Numbered from the stretch's first letter, positions 10,213-19,850 are shown. The stretch is 64,000 bases of DNA from Candidatus Bathyarchaeia archaeon (GCA_049521795.1 JBEKOM010000002.1:224940-288939), one strand, 5' to 3'. Notes: generated by a model from the letters alone, not told the origin. Made by a program: numbers and translations.

Positions 10213-11610
10213 CTACGGATCTTTGAAGTTCTTCGCGACAGCGACGATGTCGAAGATGTCTACGTTGGCGCCGTTATATGGCGCGGTGTCATAAAACACG
10301 TGCCAGGGCACTGCGTTCCCGTATTGGTCTATTATCAGCATTAGGTCTTTGATGTCAATCGTGCCGTCTTCGTTAAGGTCGTATTTCTTCGGGTTGAAGA
10401 AGTTGCGCATGTCACACGAGTATATCAATGGGAATGTAGATACATAGGCTGGCACGATACCGTTAGCGAGGACGTCTACGTAGTTGTATTGGACAACAAG
10501 TGGATAGTAGTCCGCATATTCTAGGAGCCAAGCCTCGCCTACGCTTATTGAGGTGTTCGCTACGGTTGGAAGACCTAAGGGTAAGTCGGGTGAAATCACG
10601 GTTAAGTCAATTTCGAACGCTTCTGTCTTTGTGCTGCAGATCAATGGTTTGTCTGGCGGCAGTGGTCTAATCACAGTAACATTAACATAGTCAAGCGTCC
10701 CGATTTCTCCGAACACTACGTTCTCGTAGAAGTAGTTCGCTAGTATCCAGTCTGGACCTATCCTCACGTGCTGTATGTCCGTCTCCTTGTATCTCGAGTC
10801 CCAGACGAGCTGGATCATGAATCCGAACGCGTGTGTGATGTCGGACAGGTACACTTTGATCGTGTGCACCACGCCGACGGCTCTTTCAGTCACGACGTAT
10901 ATCGGTGTTCCTGTAGAGTTGTCAAGTATTTGATCGCTGGCGAATAGGTGTATGTCCGACTGTTTTGAGTAGAGGTAGTAGTTGCCATTGTCAATTTCCG
11001 GGGTTAGGGCAACTGGAACTGTTCCGTCTCCGCTCATTGAAACGGAGTGAAGCTCGAACGTTGAATGGAATACGTCGTTGTAAACGGGTTCGTTGTCAAT
11101 GTGGAACGTCAGTGTCACTAGCGAAATGTTGTTGGCCACCAGAATGCCGTGGTCCGGGTACACGTCTGTCGCTGCGAAGTGGAAACCATGCTTGTTCATT
11201 GCCTGAAGCAGGGTGTCCTGGTATACGACTTGCCAGCCTGTTGGAAGATGAGTCGTGATGCCCACGAGGGTTATGTAGCTTGTAGTGTTCGCGGCCCAAT
11301 CGAGGGTGAAGTCGAAAGCGTATACGTCGACCCCGGTTGTGGCGTTGTTGTTCCAGAGTCTCACGTCAACGGGGAAGTTGGTGCTTACCACGCAGGGACC
11401 ATAAACTTTCATGTCACTGGTGAAATTGAGATCACCTGAATGGGAACCAGTCCCGTTGTAGGCTTGCCCAGTGTTGTTCATGTCGACGAACAGAATTGGG
11501 TTACCTTGTGGTGGTGGTGGCGGTATTGGCCAGTCAGCGCGTACAATCGATGTGGCTGCTACAAGTGGCAGTAGAAGCAGAAGAGCAAATATCAATGCTT
11601 TATATTTCAT
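10213..11610 (-). CDS. Secreted protein with two divergent cohesin-like domains and C-terminal dockerin-like domain
   Basis: DVYAFDFTLDW, HAFGFMIQLVWD; YDLNEDGTIDIKDL...VDIFDIVAVAKNF. Confidence 0.75.
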   Translation of the reverse strand: MKYKALIFALLLLLPLVAATSIVRADWPIPPPPPQGNPILFVDMNNTGQAYNGTGSHSGDLNFTSDMKVYGPCVVSTNFPVDVRLWNNNATTGVDVYAFDFTLDWAANTTSYITLVGITTHLPTGWQVVYQDTLLQAMNKHGFHFAATDVYPDHGILVANNISLVTLTFHIDNEPVYNDVFHSTFELHSVSMSGDGTVPVALTPEIDNGNYYLYSKQSDIHLFASDQILDNSTGTPIYVVTERAVGVVHTIKVYLSDITHAFGFMIQLVWDSRYKETDIQHVRIGPDWILANYFYENVVFGEIGTLDYVNVTVIRPLPPDKPLICSTKTEAFEIDLTVISPDLPLGLPTVANTSISVGEAWLLEYADYYPLVVQYNYVDVLANGIVPAYVSTFPLIYSCDMRNFFNPKKYDLNEDGTIDIKDLMLIIDQYGNAVPWHVFYDTAPYNGANVDIFDIVAVAKNFKDP

Positions 11611-11668
11611 ATAGTCCTTTCTCCTTCTCCTTTTGCTTATTCAGCAAGTTAGTTAACCACTTTCTAAC

Positions 11669-11696
11669 TATTTAAGCTTAATGGAAATAAGTTCTA
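11669..11696 (-). promoter_or_regulatory. Operator A plus TATA box
   Basis: TAGAA CTTAT TTCCA TTA AG CTTAAATA on minus strand. Confidence 0.65.
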
Positions 11697-11799
11697 TATT
11701 GGTTAACTAAGCTTAGAACAGTGCGCCACTCACTTGCTTCTATGAAAAACCAGGGTTTAACGTAAGTACATGTTGAGTGTAGAGGGTTGTTCCCAGAGA

Positions 11800-11998
11800 G
11801 CGCGCGCTTCGGAACTGCTTTGTTTATACAGTTCTATGTAGCCGCAGCCAACGCAATAGAAGACTTTAATGTAGTCGCGCGCGCAACTAGCAAAACCTTG
11901 AAGCTTCTCGTCTTGTTTTCATGTAGCTGATGATTGGATTGGCAAAGGTGCGCCCAACCCATAAATACTAATTGATTTAGGGACAAGCCAGCGCGCGC
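11800..11998. repeat. Three (GC)n palindromes (11800-11807, 11876-11884, 11991-11998) separating short unique segments
   Basis: Read directly; inserts of 68 and 106 bp. Confidence 0.9.
11808..11875 (-). pseudogene. C-terminal fragment of a small Zn-ribbon protein
   Basis: Translates DYIKVFYCVGCGYIELYKQ (CxxCGYIELY); bounded by GC runs, no start codon. Confidence 0.6.
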
Positions 11999-12030
11999 CA
12001 TATGCGACGTATAAGCGTGAACGGATGGGG

Positions 12031-12384
12031 CTAAGACGGCGAAGATGAAGGGATGTAACCGTCTGTCCATACCACAGCGTAGTCGACCTTGAAGCTTGGA
12101 TTACCTTCCTGTCCATAGACATATTCGGGACATGTCCAGGAACTCTGAGCTATGCCGCTACCGTAAACAACAGAACCATTATTGTACATATCGTAATATA
12201 TGGCACGAAAAGCGTAGCCTGACGGTGGTGGATTGCCGTCCCAAGCAAGATAAGTCTGTCCTGGATATATCCTCTTTGAATAAGACACGTCCCTTGGCGG
12301 GATTATGAAATGAATCACTACTGCCACTGTGACAGTCACTGCTAGAATCACCGCTACGATTTTACCAACCTTGCGCTCTTTCAT
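12031..12384 (-). CDS. Small membrane-anchored hypothetical protein
   Basis: Basic N-terminus plus TM, Tyr-rich extracellular part. Confidence 0.7.
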   Translation of the reverse strand: MKERKVGKIVAVILAVTVTVAVVIHFIIPPRDVSYSKRIYPGQTYLAWDGNPPPSGYAFRAIYYDMYNNGSVVYGSGIAQSSWTCPEYVYGQEGNPSFKVDYAVVWTDGYIPSSSPS

Positions 12385-12686
12385 CTATTCACTTGAGACT
12401 AGGCGGCAGGCTGTACTATAAATGTGTTCTGCCAGCTCAACAGGCCTACGCGAAGCAGCTCCCAGCGAAGAACCGTCCCCGTCATTCGTTACCCTGCAAG
12501 ACCGATGAAAAGGGTCAAGGACCTCTTCAAAGTTGACAGGAAATTCAGAAGTCACGGACGCTCAGAACTCAAAAGGGCGTGAAGAGCGCACGCCAGCTCA
12601 AGCCGCCCTGAACACTCGCAAACCAGGCTACCCAAGAAGCACCGTAGTCGTAATGTCGTTTAAAACAGAAAAAGGGGATTGTGGAT

Positions 12687-12798
12687 TTACCAGCGTTTCC
12701 TCAACAAACGGCGTGACCCGGCTGCAGCTGCTGCAAGGGCTATTACTAGCAAGGCCAGTGCAACCCATGGAGTGATGACCTGCACGGTGGTTATCGGA
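12687..12798 (-). pseudogene. Orphan C-terminal membrane anchor paralogous to that of 13660..15339
   Basis: APITTVQVITPWVALALL...RRLLRKRW vs APINTLMLLAPWIALG...RRLLKKHW; homology stops at the GC run 12799-12808. Confidence 0.75.
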
Positions 12799-12808
12799 GC
12801 GCGCGCGC

Positions 12809-13307
12809 CTGTCTGGAACACCCTAGGGATGTTATCGGTAACGAAAATGTGCGGAGGGTTTTCGAAAAGGCGGCAGCAGAACCATTCCAAGACGAGGTGG
12901 ATGAGAAGTTGGCTGTATGCCTATCCAGAGCTCTAACTCACCTTGGAGATTCTGCCCAGCATAGTATAGAACGGAAATGGATGTCAGGAAAGCTTCTCCC
13001 GATCCTCTTGAATAATATGAAGAACAGAGACGAGAAAGCTAACGTGTGGTCCATGAAAGAAGCCGTGAAGACAGCAGGTCTGAGCGAGGAATTAAGATTT
13101 CAGGTCAGAAATAAGCTGCTTGAGTTTTGGTTTTCAAAAAAAGTCAAAGCGGACGATAAAGTTGGTACCGAGGTTTGCAAGCAATTGTCGCGTCTCACCT
13201 CAGAAGGCTTGTTTGAGACGGTTAGGGCAAGAATGAAGAGCAAAGATAAAGGGGTCGAAGCGAAAGCTGAACTTCTTCTGAGGGAACTAGGGAAATGTCT
13301 GCTCTAA
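12809..13307 (+). pseudogene. Probable 5'-truncated alpha-helical (HEAT-like) protein
   Basis: Frame is open from the GC run through GTG 12849 to stop 13307; no clear RBS or promoter. Confidence 0.5.
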
Positions 13308-13659
13308 GCTTTAATGAGTAATCAGCATGCGCGCTGAAAAAGCAAGTGATCGAGAGACAGCTTCAGACTTCCAAAAATAGTATATATACTATCTTGATTG
13401 ACATAGGACGTTATTCGAAATCTCTACGTGCTTGGAGAGTAGTACATGAATTGATTCGTTGGACCCCCTCCCACCCCTCTGGTAAAGATGTACGCCAGAA
13501 CTGCTGACAGTGCAAGCTCAAAATCCTAGATAGACTCACAATTCTCCAATTTGAGATTTAGAACAAAAAGGAGGAAGAGGTTAATTTGATTAGCGTGCGC
13601 ACGCACGAGAGCAGCCCTGCTCGGGCGATAAACTTGATAGAAAAAAAGGGATATGAGTT

Positions 13660-15339
13660 TTACCAGTGCTTCTTGAGCAAGCGTCGGTACATGGCGACTG
13701 CAGAGGCCGCGGCAATGAGTCCTAGAGCAATCCATGGAGCCAGTAGCATAAGCGTGTTTATTGGAGCCAGAGTCTGCATTGGGATCGGAGCCCATTCTCC
13801 ACCGACCTTTGAGTTCCACTTCCAAGTCACTGAGGAAGCTGTGGTTATCGTGAAACTCACGCTGTTCCCTCCTCCAGAAGCAGGCGCACTTCCAGTTCCA
13901 GTCCAGCCGATGCTCGAGTAGATGTTGCTACCCACGAGCACAGGAGATGTAACGGAAGACGTCACTAGAGTATTAGGGGCGTACCAGCCCGCTCCAGTCG
14001 GTGTGTCGTAAGGCGATGTTACAGTCAAGAGGAACTGCTCATTCCAGAAGAACTGTATGGTGTGAGGTGCGTTTACAGCCGTGAATTTGTAGCTGGTTCC
14101 AGCAGTGAGAGCTCCACCATCGATCTTGTAGCCTGTGCATACCCACTCGTGACCGGCTGAAACAACGTCCGGACTTGTAACAGAAGCAGTGAAGTCAGTG
14201 CCATCGTCAACCCATGCTGAAGCAGTGTATGGCGCGCCATGAGCGCTGTTAACCGTTATGTACCATTGAGTCTTCCACTGTGCAATCGCTTCTTTAGCCT
14301 TGTCCATTGTTATCGGGTTGCTTTGCAAATAGTTTGTTCCTGAGGCATCCCAAGTCCAAGTGGTGAAGACGTGTTGTTTTCCAACGCCATCTGGAACTGT
14401 TCCAGACGTCAGGCCAGCGTAAGCAGTTGTGCCGTCACCGTACCAGCCCGCGCCAGTAGTAGTACCGTAAGCAGAAGTGACTTTCAAGTAGTAGTTGGTC
14501 GACCCAGTCGCCTGAACACTGTTCCAAGTGATAGTGCCACCGCCGGCGCCAGCACCCCAGTTGCCAACGAATACAAAGGGCTTCACGTTAGTCCAATCAA
14601 AGGTCGGGGCACCTGGGATAACAAAGACGCTTCCCGGAGGAAATGTTGGAAGCCACACCATAGCTGGATAGGAAAATGGATCAGTTGTCGCGTAGACCCG
14701 AATCAATGGAGTGAAGAGGACATCGCCACTTGCCAAGTAGTGGAACGTCAGTTGCATGTCGAAAGTGTCGTAGAGTGGGTTCCCGGTGCAGTGGACTCCA
14801 CCTAATGGCGCGATGACCCCTAGATAGGGGGTGTTGAAGCCTTGTCCGAGAATATTCCCATCCCATGGCGTGCTCTTGTTTTCGTACAAGTTGCTTGCTG
14901 CATCAGTGTATGCCGTCTGTGTTAGGTAATAATCTGAACCAATGGGTCCTCCACCTCCAGCGACGAGAAGGCTAGAGAATGCGGAAGATGATGGATTAAT
15001 CCAAGGCGACCCAAAAGCCGTTTGTTGCGTCACTCCAACCTGTATCCCCGCCACTTCGAGCGGAGCTGGCCATCCAGCGTAGACACCGGGACCAGGTGTG
15101 GGAAACCTGCTCTGTGTCATGTCAATGCCATAAACAGTCACTACCAAGTCTGCCTTTGTAACATCGAAACTCACATGTGTGTCATCGTAGATGGTGCCTG
15201 AACCACCATCCCATGCTCCAAGTCCTGTTGTAACAGAACCACCCGGAAAAACAACAGTGATAGCATGTGCTGCTGGTATAGCTATTACAGCAAATAACAT
15301 TAGGGACAATAGAACGATAGGAACAATTGTCTTTTTCAC
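13660..15339 (-). CDS. Cell-surface protein with GxGWY beta-sandwich repeats and VGG...LLAPW membrane anchor
   Basis: Signal peptide; repeats homologous to those of 5967..7571; C-terminal TM with basic tail. Confidence 0.82.
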   Translation of the reverse strand: MKKTIVPIVLLSLMLFAVIAIPAAHAITVVFPGGSVTTGLGAWDGGSGTIYDDTHVSFDVTKADLVVTVYGIDMTQSRFPTPGPGVYAGWPAPLEVAGIQVGVTQQTAFGSPWINPSSSAFSSLLVAGGGGPIGSDYYLTQTAYTDAASNLYENKSTPWDGNILGQGFNTPYLGVIAPLGGVHCTGNPLYDTFDMQLTFHYLASGDVLFTPLIRVYATTDPFSYPAMVWLPTFPPGSVFVIPGAPTFDWTNVKPFVFVGNWGAGAGGGTITWNSVQATGSTNYYLKVTSAYGTTTGAGWYGDGTTAYAGLTSGTVPDGVGKQHVFTTWTWDASGTNYLQSNPITMDKAKEAIAQWKTQWYITVNSAHGAPYTASAWVDDGTDFTASVTSPDVVSAGHEWVCTGYKIDGGALTAGTSYKFTAVNAPHTIQFFWNEQFLLTVTSPYDTPTGAGWYAPNTLVTSSVTSPVLVGSNIYSSIGWTGTGSAPASGGGNSVSFTITTASSVTWKWNSKVGGEWAPIPMQTLAPINTLMLLAPWIALGLIAAASAVAMYRRLLKKHW

Positions 15340-15403
15340 TTTCTCCCTTTCTCCTTTTATTTAACTATTACCCTTTCGGGTAAACTAAACTTACGGTTTC
15401 TAA

Positions 15404-15431
15404 TATTTAACGTTTATGGAACGCTCTTCTA
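15404..15431 (-). promoter_or_regulatory. Operator A plus TATA box
   Basis: TAGAA GAGCG TTCCA TAA AC GTTAAATA on minus strand. Confidence 0.65.
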
Positions 15432-15630
15432 TAGCCGCTCGGTATCTACGTGAGCAAGGCTTATCAAATGCAAAAAAAAGCGCGCGCGAGACAACGCAAA
15501 AAGCCCTTGTTGCCCATGAGCGTGCCGCTGAATCATGAAGACTAGAACCAGAAGAAAGGATAGGCCTAAATCAGTGTACGCATCTTTCTTCCAATAGAAG
15601 TGAATAGCACGGGAAACGAAGGCTTCTTCA

Positions 15631-16578
15631 GTGAAAAGCGGAAAGACACATAGGACGGAGAAATCCAGAAAGCGCCTGCTTAGGAAGAGAGTTTCCTACG
15701 TCTTCGCCGCCATGGTCGCACTCATACTTGTCGGCGTGCTTGCATACACCTTTCTGAGCCCCAGAAGCCCAACCATCAATGACAGCACTCCGAAGATCGC
15801 CATAGTCGACCAGCTTAGCGCCCAGTGGCCTGACCCAGAGTTCAACCAGACAGTCCAGGGCATCTTGAACCAAACAGGCCTCAAAGTCGACTACTACCCA
15901 AGCCAAGACGTCACCGTTGATTTCTACCGAAACCTACCATCGCAAAATTACAAACTCATAATCTTCAGGGTTCACTCAACAGCTGAAACGGGCGCTAAAG
16001 ACATGCCGCCATGGGTAGTTTTCTTCACATCAGAAAACTACAGCGGCACAGCCCACGTCTCGGAGCAATCGGACATGCGAGTCGTGTACGTCAAATTCCC
16101 CGATGTTGCGCAGTTGTACTTCGGCATAACCCCAACGTTCGTGGAGAACTCAACGGAAGGAAAATTCAACGACACAACGATAATAGCCATGGGCTGCGAC
16201 GGCTTGAATAAGACCAGCATGGCTGAGGCTTTCATTGAAAAGGGAGCAAAAGCCTACATAAGCTGGAACGGGTTCGTATCAGCAGACCACACGGACGAGG
16301 CGACAGAGTGCCTGCTCCGCCATCTCGTCACGGAAAACCAAACCGTTGAAGAGGCCGTGAAGGAAACCATGAACGAGGTGGGCCCCGACCCGACAGACAA
16401 AAGCGTACTGATGTTCTACCCAGACAACGCTGGGCCGAGTTTTCTCCTCCTCAGCGCAGCCACGGCCGCTCCAACAGTCATGGCCACTCCTGCAGTCAGC
16501 GCGCCCGGTCTCGTCAACGCAACTGTCGCCACCCCGACAGTTAGGACAGCAAGGAAGAACACCAACCAAAAAGACTGA
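15631..16578 (+). CDS. Membrane-anchored protein, possible caspase/gingipain-like fold
   Basis: N-terminal TM; IIFRVHS and IIAMGC resemble a His/Cys dyad; MAEAFIEKGAKAYISW. Confidence 0.65.
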   Translation: MKSGKTHRTEKSRKRLLRKRVSYVFAAMVALILVGVLAYTFLSPRSPTINDSTPKIAIVDQLSAQWPDPEFNQTVQGILNQTGLKVDYYPSQDVTVDFYRNLPSQNYKLIIFRVHSTAETGAKDMPPWVVFFTSENYSGTAHVSEQSDMRVVYVKFPDVAQLYFGITPTFVENSTEGKFNDTTIIAMGCDGLNKTSMAEAFIEKGAKAYISWNGFVSADHTDEATECLLRHLVTENQTVEEAVKETMNEVGPDPTDKSVLMFYPDNAGPSFLLLSAATAAPTVMATPAVSAPGLVNATVATPTVRTARKNTNQKD

Positions 16579-16600
16579 AACTCGCGCGCGCTAGTTGAAA

Positions 16601-16628
16601 TAGAACTCTATTCCATAACCCTTATACT
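16601..16628 (+). promoter_or_regulatory. Operator A plus TATA box
   Basis: TAGAA CTCTA TTCCA TAA CC CTTATACT. Confidence 0.65.
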
Positions 16629-16654
16629 GTCTTTTCTGATTCATACTTGAAAAG

Positions 16655-19339
16655 ATGCGTTCAGAACAGATGATAGGTAGTAGAATCTTGAAACGCGCAG
16701 CAAGCATATTTGTCATGGTAATAATAGTGTTTGCCAGTCTGTCAACGCCGTTCGCTCGGTCCGAACAGACAATGACAAGCCGTAGCCTGGGAATTAGGCC
16801 CCAACTGGAACGTAAAGACACGTACATGCTGGATCTCCAATACCCCTTATCTGGACCGGACGCCTGGGACATACCACATAATAACACAAGCTCGGACGAC
16901 GAAATCCGTGGTATGAAGGCAGTGGCATCCATGATAGCCTCGTACTATGGTGGAAACCTGAGTCAAGACCGCATTGCATACTACGTGTACTACGATTATC
17001 TCCGCTACCCGTCTCCGGAAGACGACCTCGGCGATGGATCTGGCATTATCCAAGGTATTAACATCCTTGACATACTTCACTGGGAGTTAAACGGGGCCTT
17101 ATTCACCCGTTTCATGGACGCGAGACCCGGTTTTTCCGAGATAGAGTACTGGATAGATTCCAACATTCCGATCATCGTAGACCAAGGAGGCAACAACCAC
17201 CTCCTAGCGATAATCGACGGCTACGACACAAACGGTGAGATGGTTTATGTCCTTGACCCCTTATTAGGAAATGAAACCAAGATCCCATACGATAGCTTGA
17301 GCATATTTGTCGTGTGGATTGTCACGGGCGACCATATAACGGCCCGGTCGGATGAACCTACGATTTGGATGGATTCCGACGGTGACGGAGTGGTCGACTT
17401 TGACGAGATCAACAGATTTCATACCGACCCTTACAATAACGACACATATGGTCTCGGAATAAGCGACAAGACGTGGATAGAACTCACCTATATGGGTAAA
17501 CTCACCTATCCGACAGCGACGTTCACATGTTCCCCAGAAACGCCGTTAATCAATGAACAAATAACGTTCGATGCCTCAAAAAGCATCGGAAACATAACGG
17601 CATACAAATGGAATTTCGGAGACAACAACGCGACTACGACAGCGGCACCAACGACAACCCATGCTTATGCCCAGCCGGAAACCTACAACGTGACTCTGAC
17701 AGTGGATGATAGCAACGGTCTTTGGAACACTACCACATTCTCGGTGACCGTGGGCGAGAGTGAAACTCAGAGCGGGAGTGAGTATGTTTCCGAAGCGGCC
17801 TTCTACCGACAGTCTCTTGACCGAAAGGGGTATGCGCCCACGGAAGGCCCTGAAACGCCCGATCTCCTCTGGACAACGTACCTTAATGATTCGGTGACAA
17901 CGTCACCTGTAGTGGCTGACGGAAAAGTTTTCATTGGTACCTCAGGTGGAAAGTTCTACGCGTTAGACGCAACCAGCGGCGGGATCATCTGGACATTTGA
18001 TGCCGGAAGCCCTGTTTCCTCATCGCCAGCTTTCCAGAACGGAGTGGTTTTTTTCGGCACCGAAAACCCTGGAAACATATACGCTCTTGACGCATCCACC
18101 GGCCTTCCTATCTGGCAATACCAAGTTGGCACGACGGCTGCACTGCCCTCTTCCCCTGGAGTTATCGACAACAAGGTCATTATGGGTACCTCTGATGGCA
18201 AACTTCTCTGCCTAAACGAATCGGAAGGCCAGTTACTGTGGAATACTCAGCTGGGCGCAGGACCTCTTTCCTCACCGGCTATACAGAACGGCACGATCTT
18301 TATCACGTCAACCCTAGGGGTTGACGCAGTTGACTTGCAGACCGGAACATCTATTTGGGAATTTGCAACAAGCTGGCCAGTCACTTCAACCCCCGCGGTT
18401 GCCGACGGCCTGGTCCTTGTTGGAACCGAAAACAATGACCACGTATACGCTCTAGACCAGAGCACCGGAAGTCCCGTATGGAACTATTTCACAAGCGGCT
18501 GGCTCACTTCACCAGCGGTGGACACCTCTGCACAGCTCGTGATCGTTGGATCGAAAGACTACAAGCTCTATGCCTTTAATGAGCAAACAGGCCTTCTCGA
18601 ATGGAGGTACTTTAACGGCCCAAACTACCTAACAGCATCAGCAATAAGCGCGAACGGGTTGGTGTACGTAGGAACCTTTGACGGAAACCTGCATTGCGTC
18701 AACGAGACCACTGGCGAGGAAATCTGGAACTACAGCGTGACTGCACCAATAGTTTCTTCACCAACCATCATTTATGAGCACGTTTTGGTGGGAGCGCAGG
18801 ATGGGAGCATTTACTGTTTCGGCCCGCCCTTTATAGTCCACAAAATCGCAGTTTCAAACCTAATCGAGTCCAGTTCTGAGGTGGGACAAGGATACAGCTT
18901 GAACGTGAACGTAACCGCCGAGAATCAGGGCGATTCTTTGGAAACCTTCAACGTGACACTCTACGCAAACGGAACCGCAATCAAAACAGAGCAGATAGTC
19001 CTGATGAACTCAAGCTTTACAACCATAACCTTTGAATGGAACACCACAGGCTTTGCCTATGGCAACTACACGATAAGCGCCTATGCAACGCCGGTTCCAG
19101 GCGAAACAAACACGACAGACAACACACTAGTCGGCGGCTTGATAGTCGTGACCATCCCAGGAGACATAAACGGCGACGCCACTGTGAACATCCTCGACGC
19201 AATAGCGCTGGCCAACTCCTTCAACAGCCACCCAGGCGATCCAAACTGGAACCCCAACGCAGACATAAACAGTGATGGCGTCGTAAACATCTTAGACGCT
19301 ATAATACTGGCAAACCACTTCTTAGAACACTACCTATAA
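16655..19339 (+). CDS. Secreted multidomain protein: C39-like peptidase domain, PKD, PQQ-like beta-propeller, CARDB, dockerin
   Basis: SMIASYYGGNLSQDRI; YKWNFGD; repeated YALDAxTGxxxW; PGDINGDATVNILD / ADINSDGVVNILD. Confidence 0.85.
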   Translation: MRSEQMIGSRILKRAASIFVMVIIVFASLSTPFARSEQTMTSRSLGIRPQLERKDTYMLDLQYPLSGPDAWDIPHNNTSSDDEIRGMKAVASMIASYYGGNLSQDRIAYYVYYDYLRYPSPEDDLGDGSGIIQGINILDILHWELNGALFTRFMDARPGFSEIEYWIDSNIPIIVDQGGNNHLLAIIDGYDTNGEMVYVLDPLLGNETKIPYDSLSIFVVWIVTGDHITARSDEPTIWMDSDGDGVVDFDEINRFHTDPYNNDTYGLGISDKTWIELTYMGKLTYPTATFTCSPETPLINEQITFDASKSIGNITAYKWNFGDNNATTTAAPTTTHAYAQPETYNVTLTVDDSNGLWNTTTFSVTVGESETQSGSEYVSEAAFYRQSLDRKGYAPTEGPETPDLLWTTYLNDSVTTSPVVADGKVFIGTSGGKFYALDATSGGIIWTFDAGSPVSSSPAFQNGVVFFGTENPGNIYALDASTGLPIWQYQVGTTAALPSSPGVIDNKVIMGTSDGKLLCLNESEGQLLWNTQLGAGPLSSPAIQNGTIFITSTLGVDAVDLQTGTSIWEFATSWPVTSTPAVADGLVLVGTENNDHVYALDQSTGSPVWNYFTSGWLTSPAVDTSAQLVIVGSKDYKLYAFNEQTGLLEWRYFNGPNYLTASAISANGLVYVGTFDGNLHCVNETTGEEIWNYSVTAPIVSSPTIIYEHVLVGAQDGSIYCFGPPFIVHKIAVSNLIESSSEVGQGYSLNVNVTAENQGDSLETFNVTLYANGTAIKTEQIVLMNSSFTTITFEWNTTGFAYGNYTISAYATPVPGETNTTDNTLVGGLIVVTIPGDINGDATVNILDAIALANSFNSHPGDPNWNPNADINSDGVVNILDAIILANHFLEHYL

Positions 19340-19356
19340 TCCTCATGGTCTGTTAC

Positions 19357-19534
19357 AAGGAGAAAGGAGAATACTGTCAATATTGATAATCGATGTTTTG
19401 TGTTTGTTAATGTTCTCTGCCCTTGCGTCTCAAGTAAAGGCGAAACAGACTACACTCTTTCAGGACCATCTTGAAAGCCTCGCGGTGAGCACTTTGAGCG
19501 CGCCGGCAACGGTCTTCGTGGATCCTGCGCGCGC
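19357..19534 (+). pseudogene. Chimeric remnant: RBS plus signal peptide start joined to a cohesin N-terminal scrap
   Basis: AAGGAGAAAGGAGA; LCLLMFSALASQVKA...TLFQDHLES; GC run; PATVFVDP; GC run. Confidence 0.55.
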
Positions 19535-19786
19535 TAGTTCATATTCGTTGTGTAGATGTCTTCTATAGGAATTCTCTAGAATGCAAAATTCATGAAAGCT
19601 GTACTGATGCTCACTTGAAGATGGAGAATGAAACACCGCGCAAACCATAAAAAAGGTCATTGCGCGCCGGAGGCACTACGGAGAAAGGAGAAAGGACTAC
19701 CCTGTAGTATCACCAGTCGCGCTCTGTCTTCTATAATAAACATCTACGATATTTAAAACTCCTCAATCTTTACGATGCAATCAGCA

Positions 19787-19822
19787 TTAACCATAAGGGA
19801 AACAACTTAACGATCAGGTAAA
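19787..19822. promoter_or_regulatory. Tandem operator B sites (TTAACC-N4-GGTTAA type)
   Basis: TTAACC ATAA GGGAAA and TTAACG ATCA GGTAAA just upstream of a TATA-like TATTTAAC. Confidence 0.5.
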
Positions 19823-19850
19823 TATTTAACTACCAAAACATTAAAATCAT

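Noticed and set aside
11783-12824. Gapped inverted similarity AGGGTTGTTCCCAGAGA-(GC)n versus (GC)n-CTGTCTGGAACACCCT suggesting a 1-kb inverton
   Set aside because: Needs several gaps, and the right arm appears to be coding remnant; probably chance.
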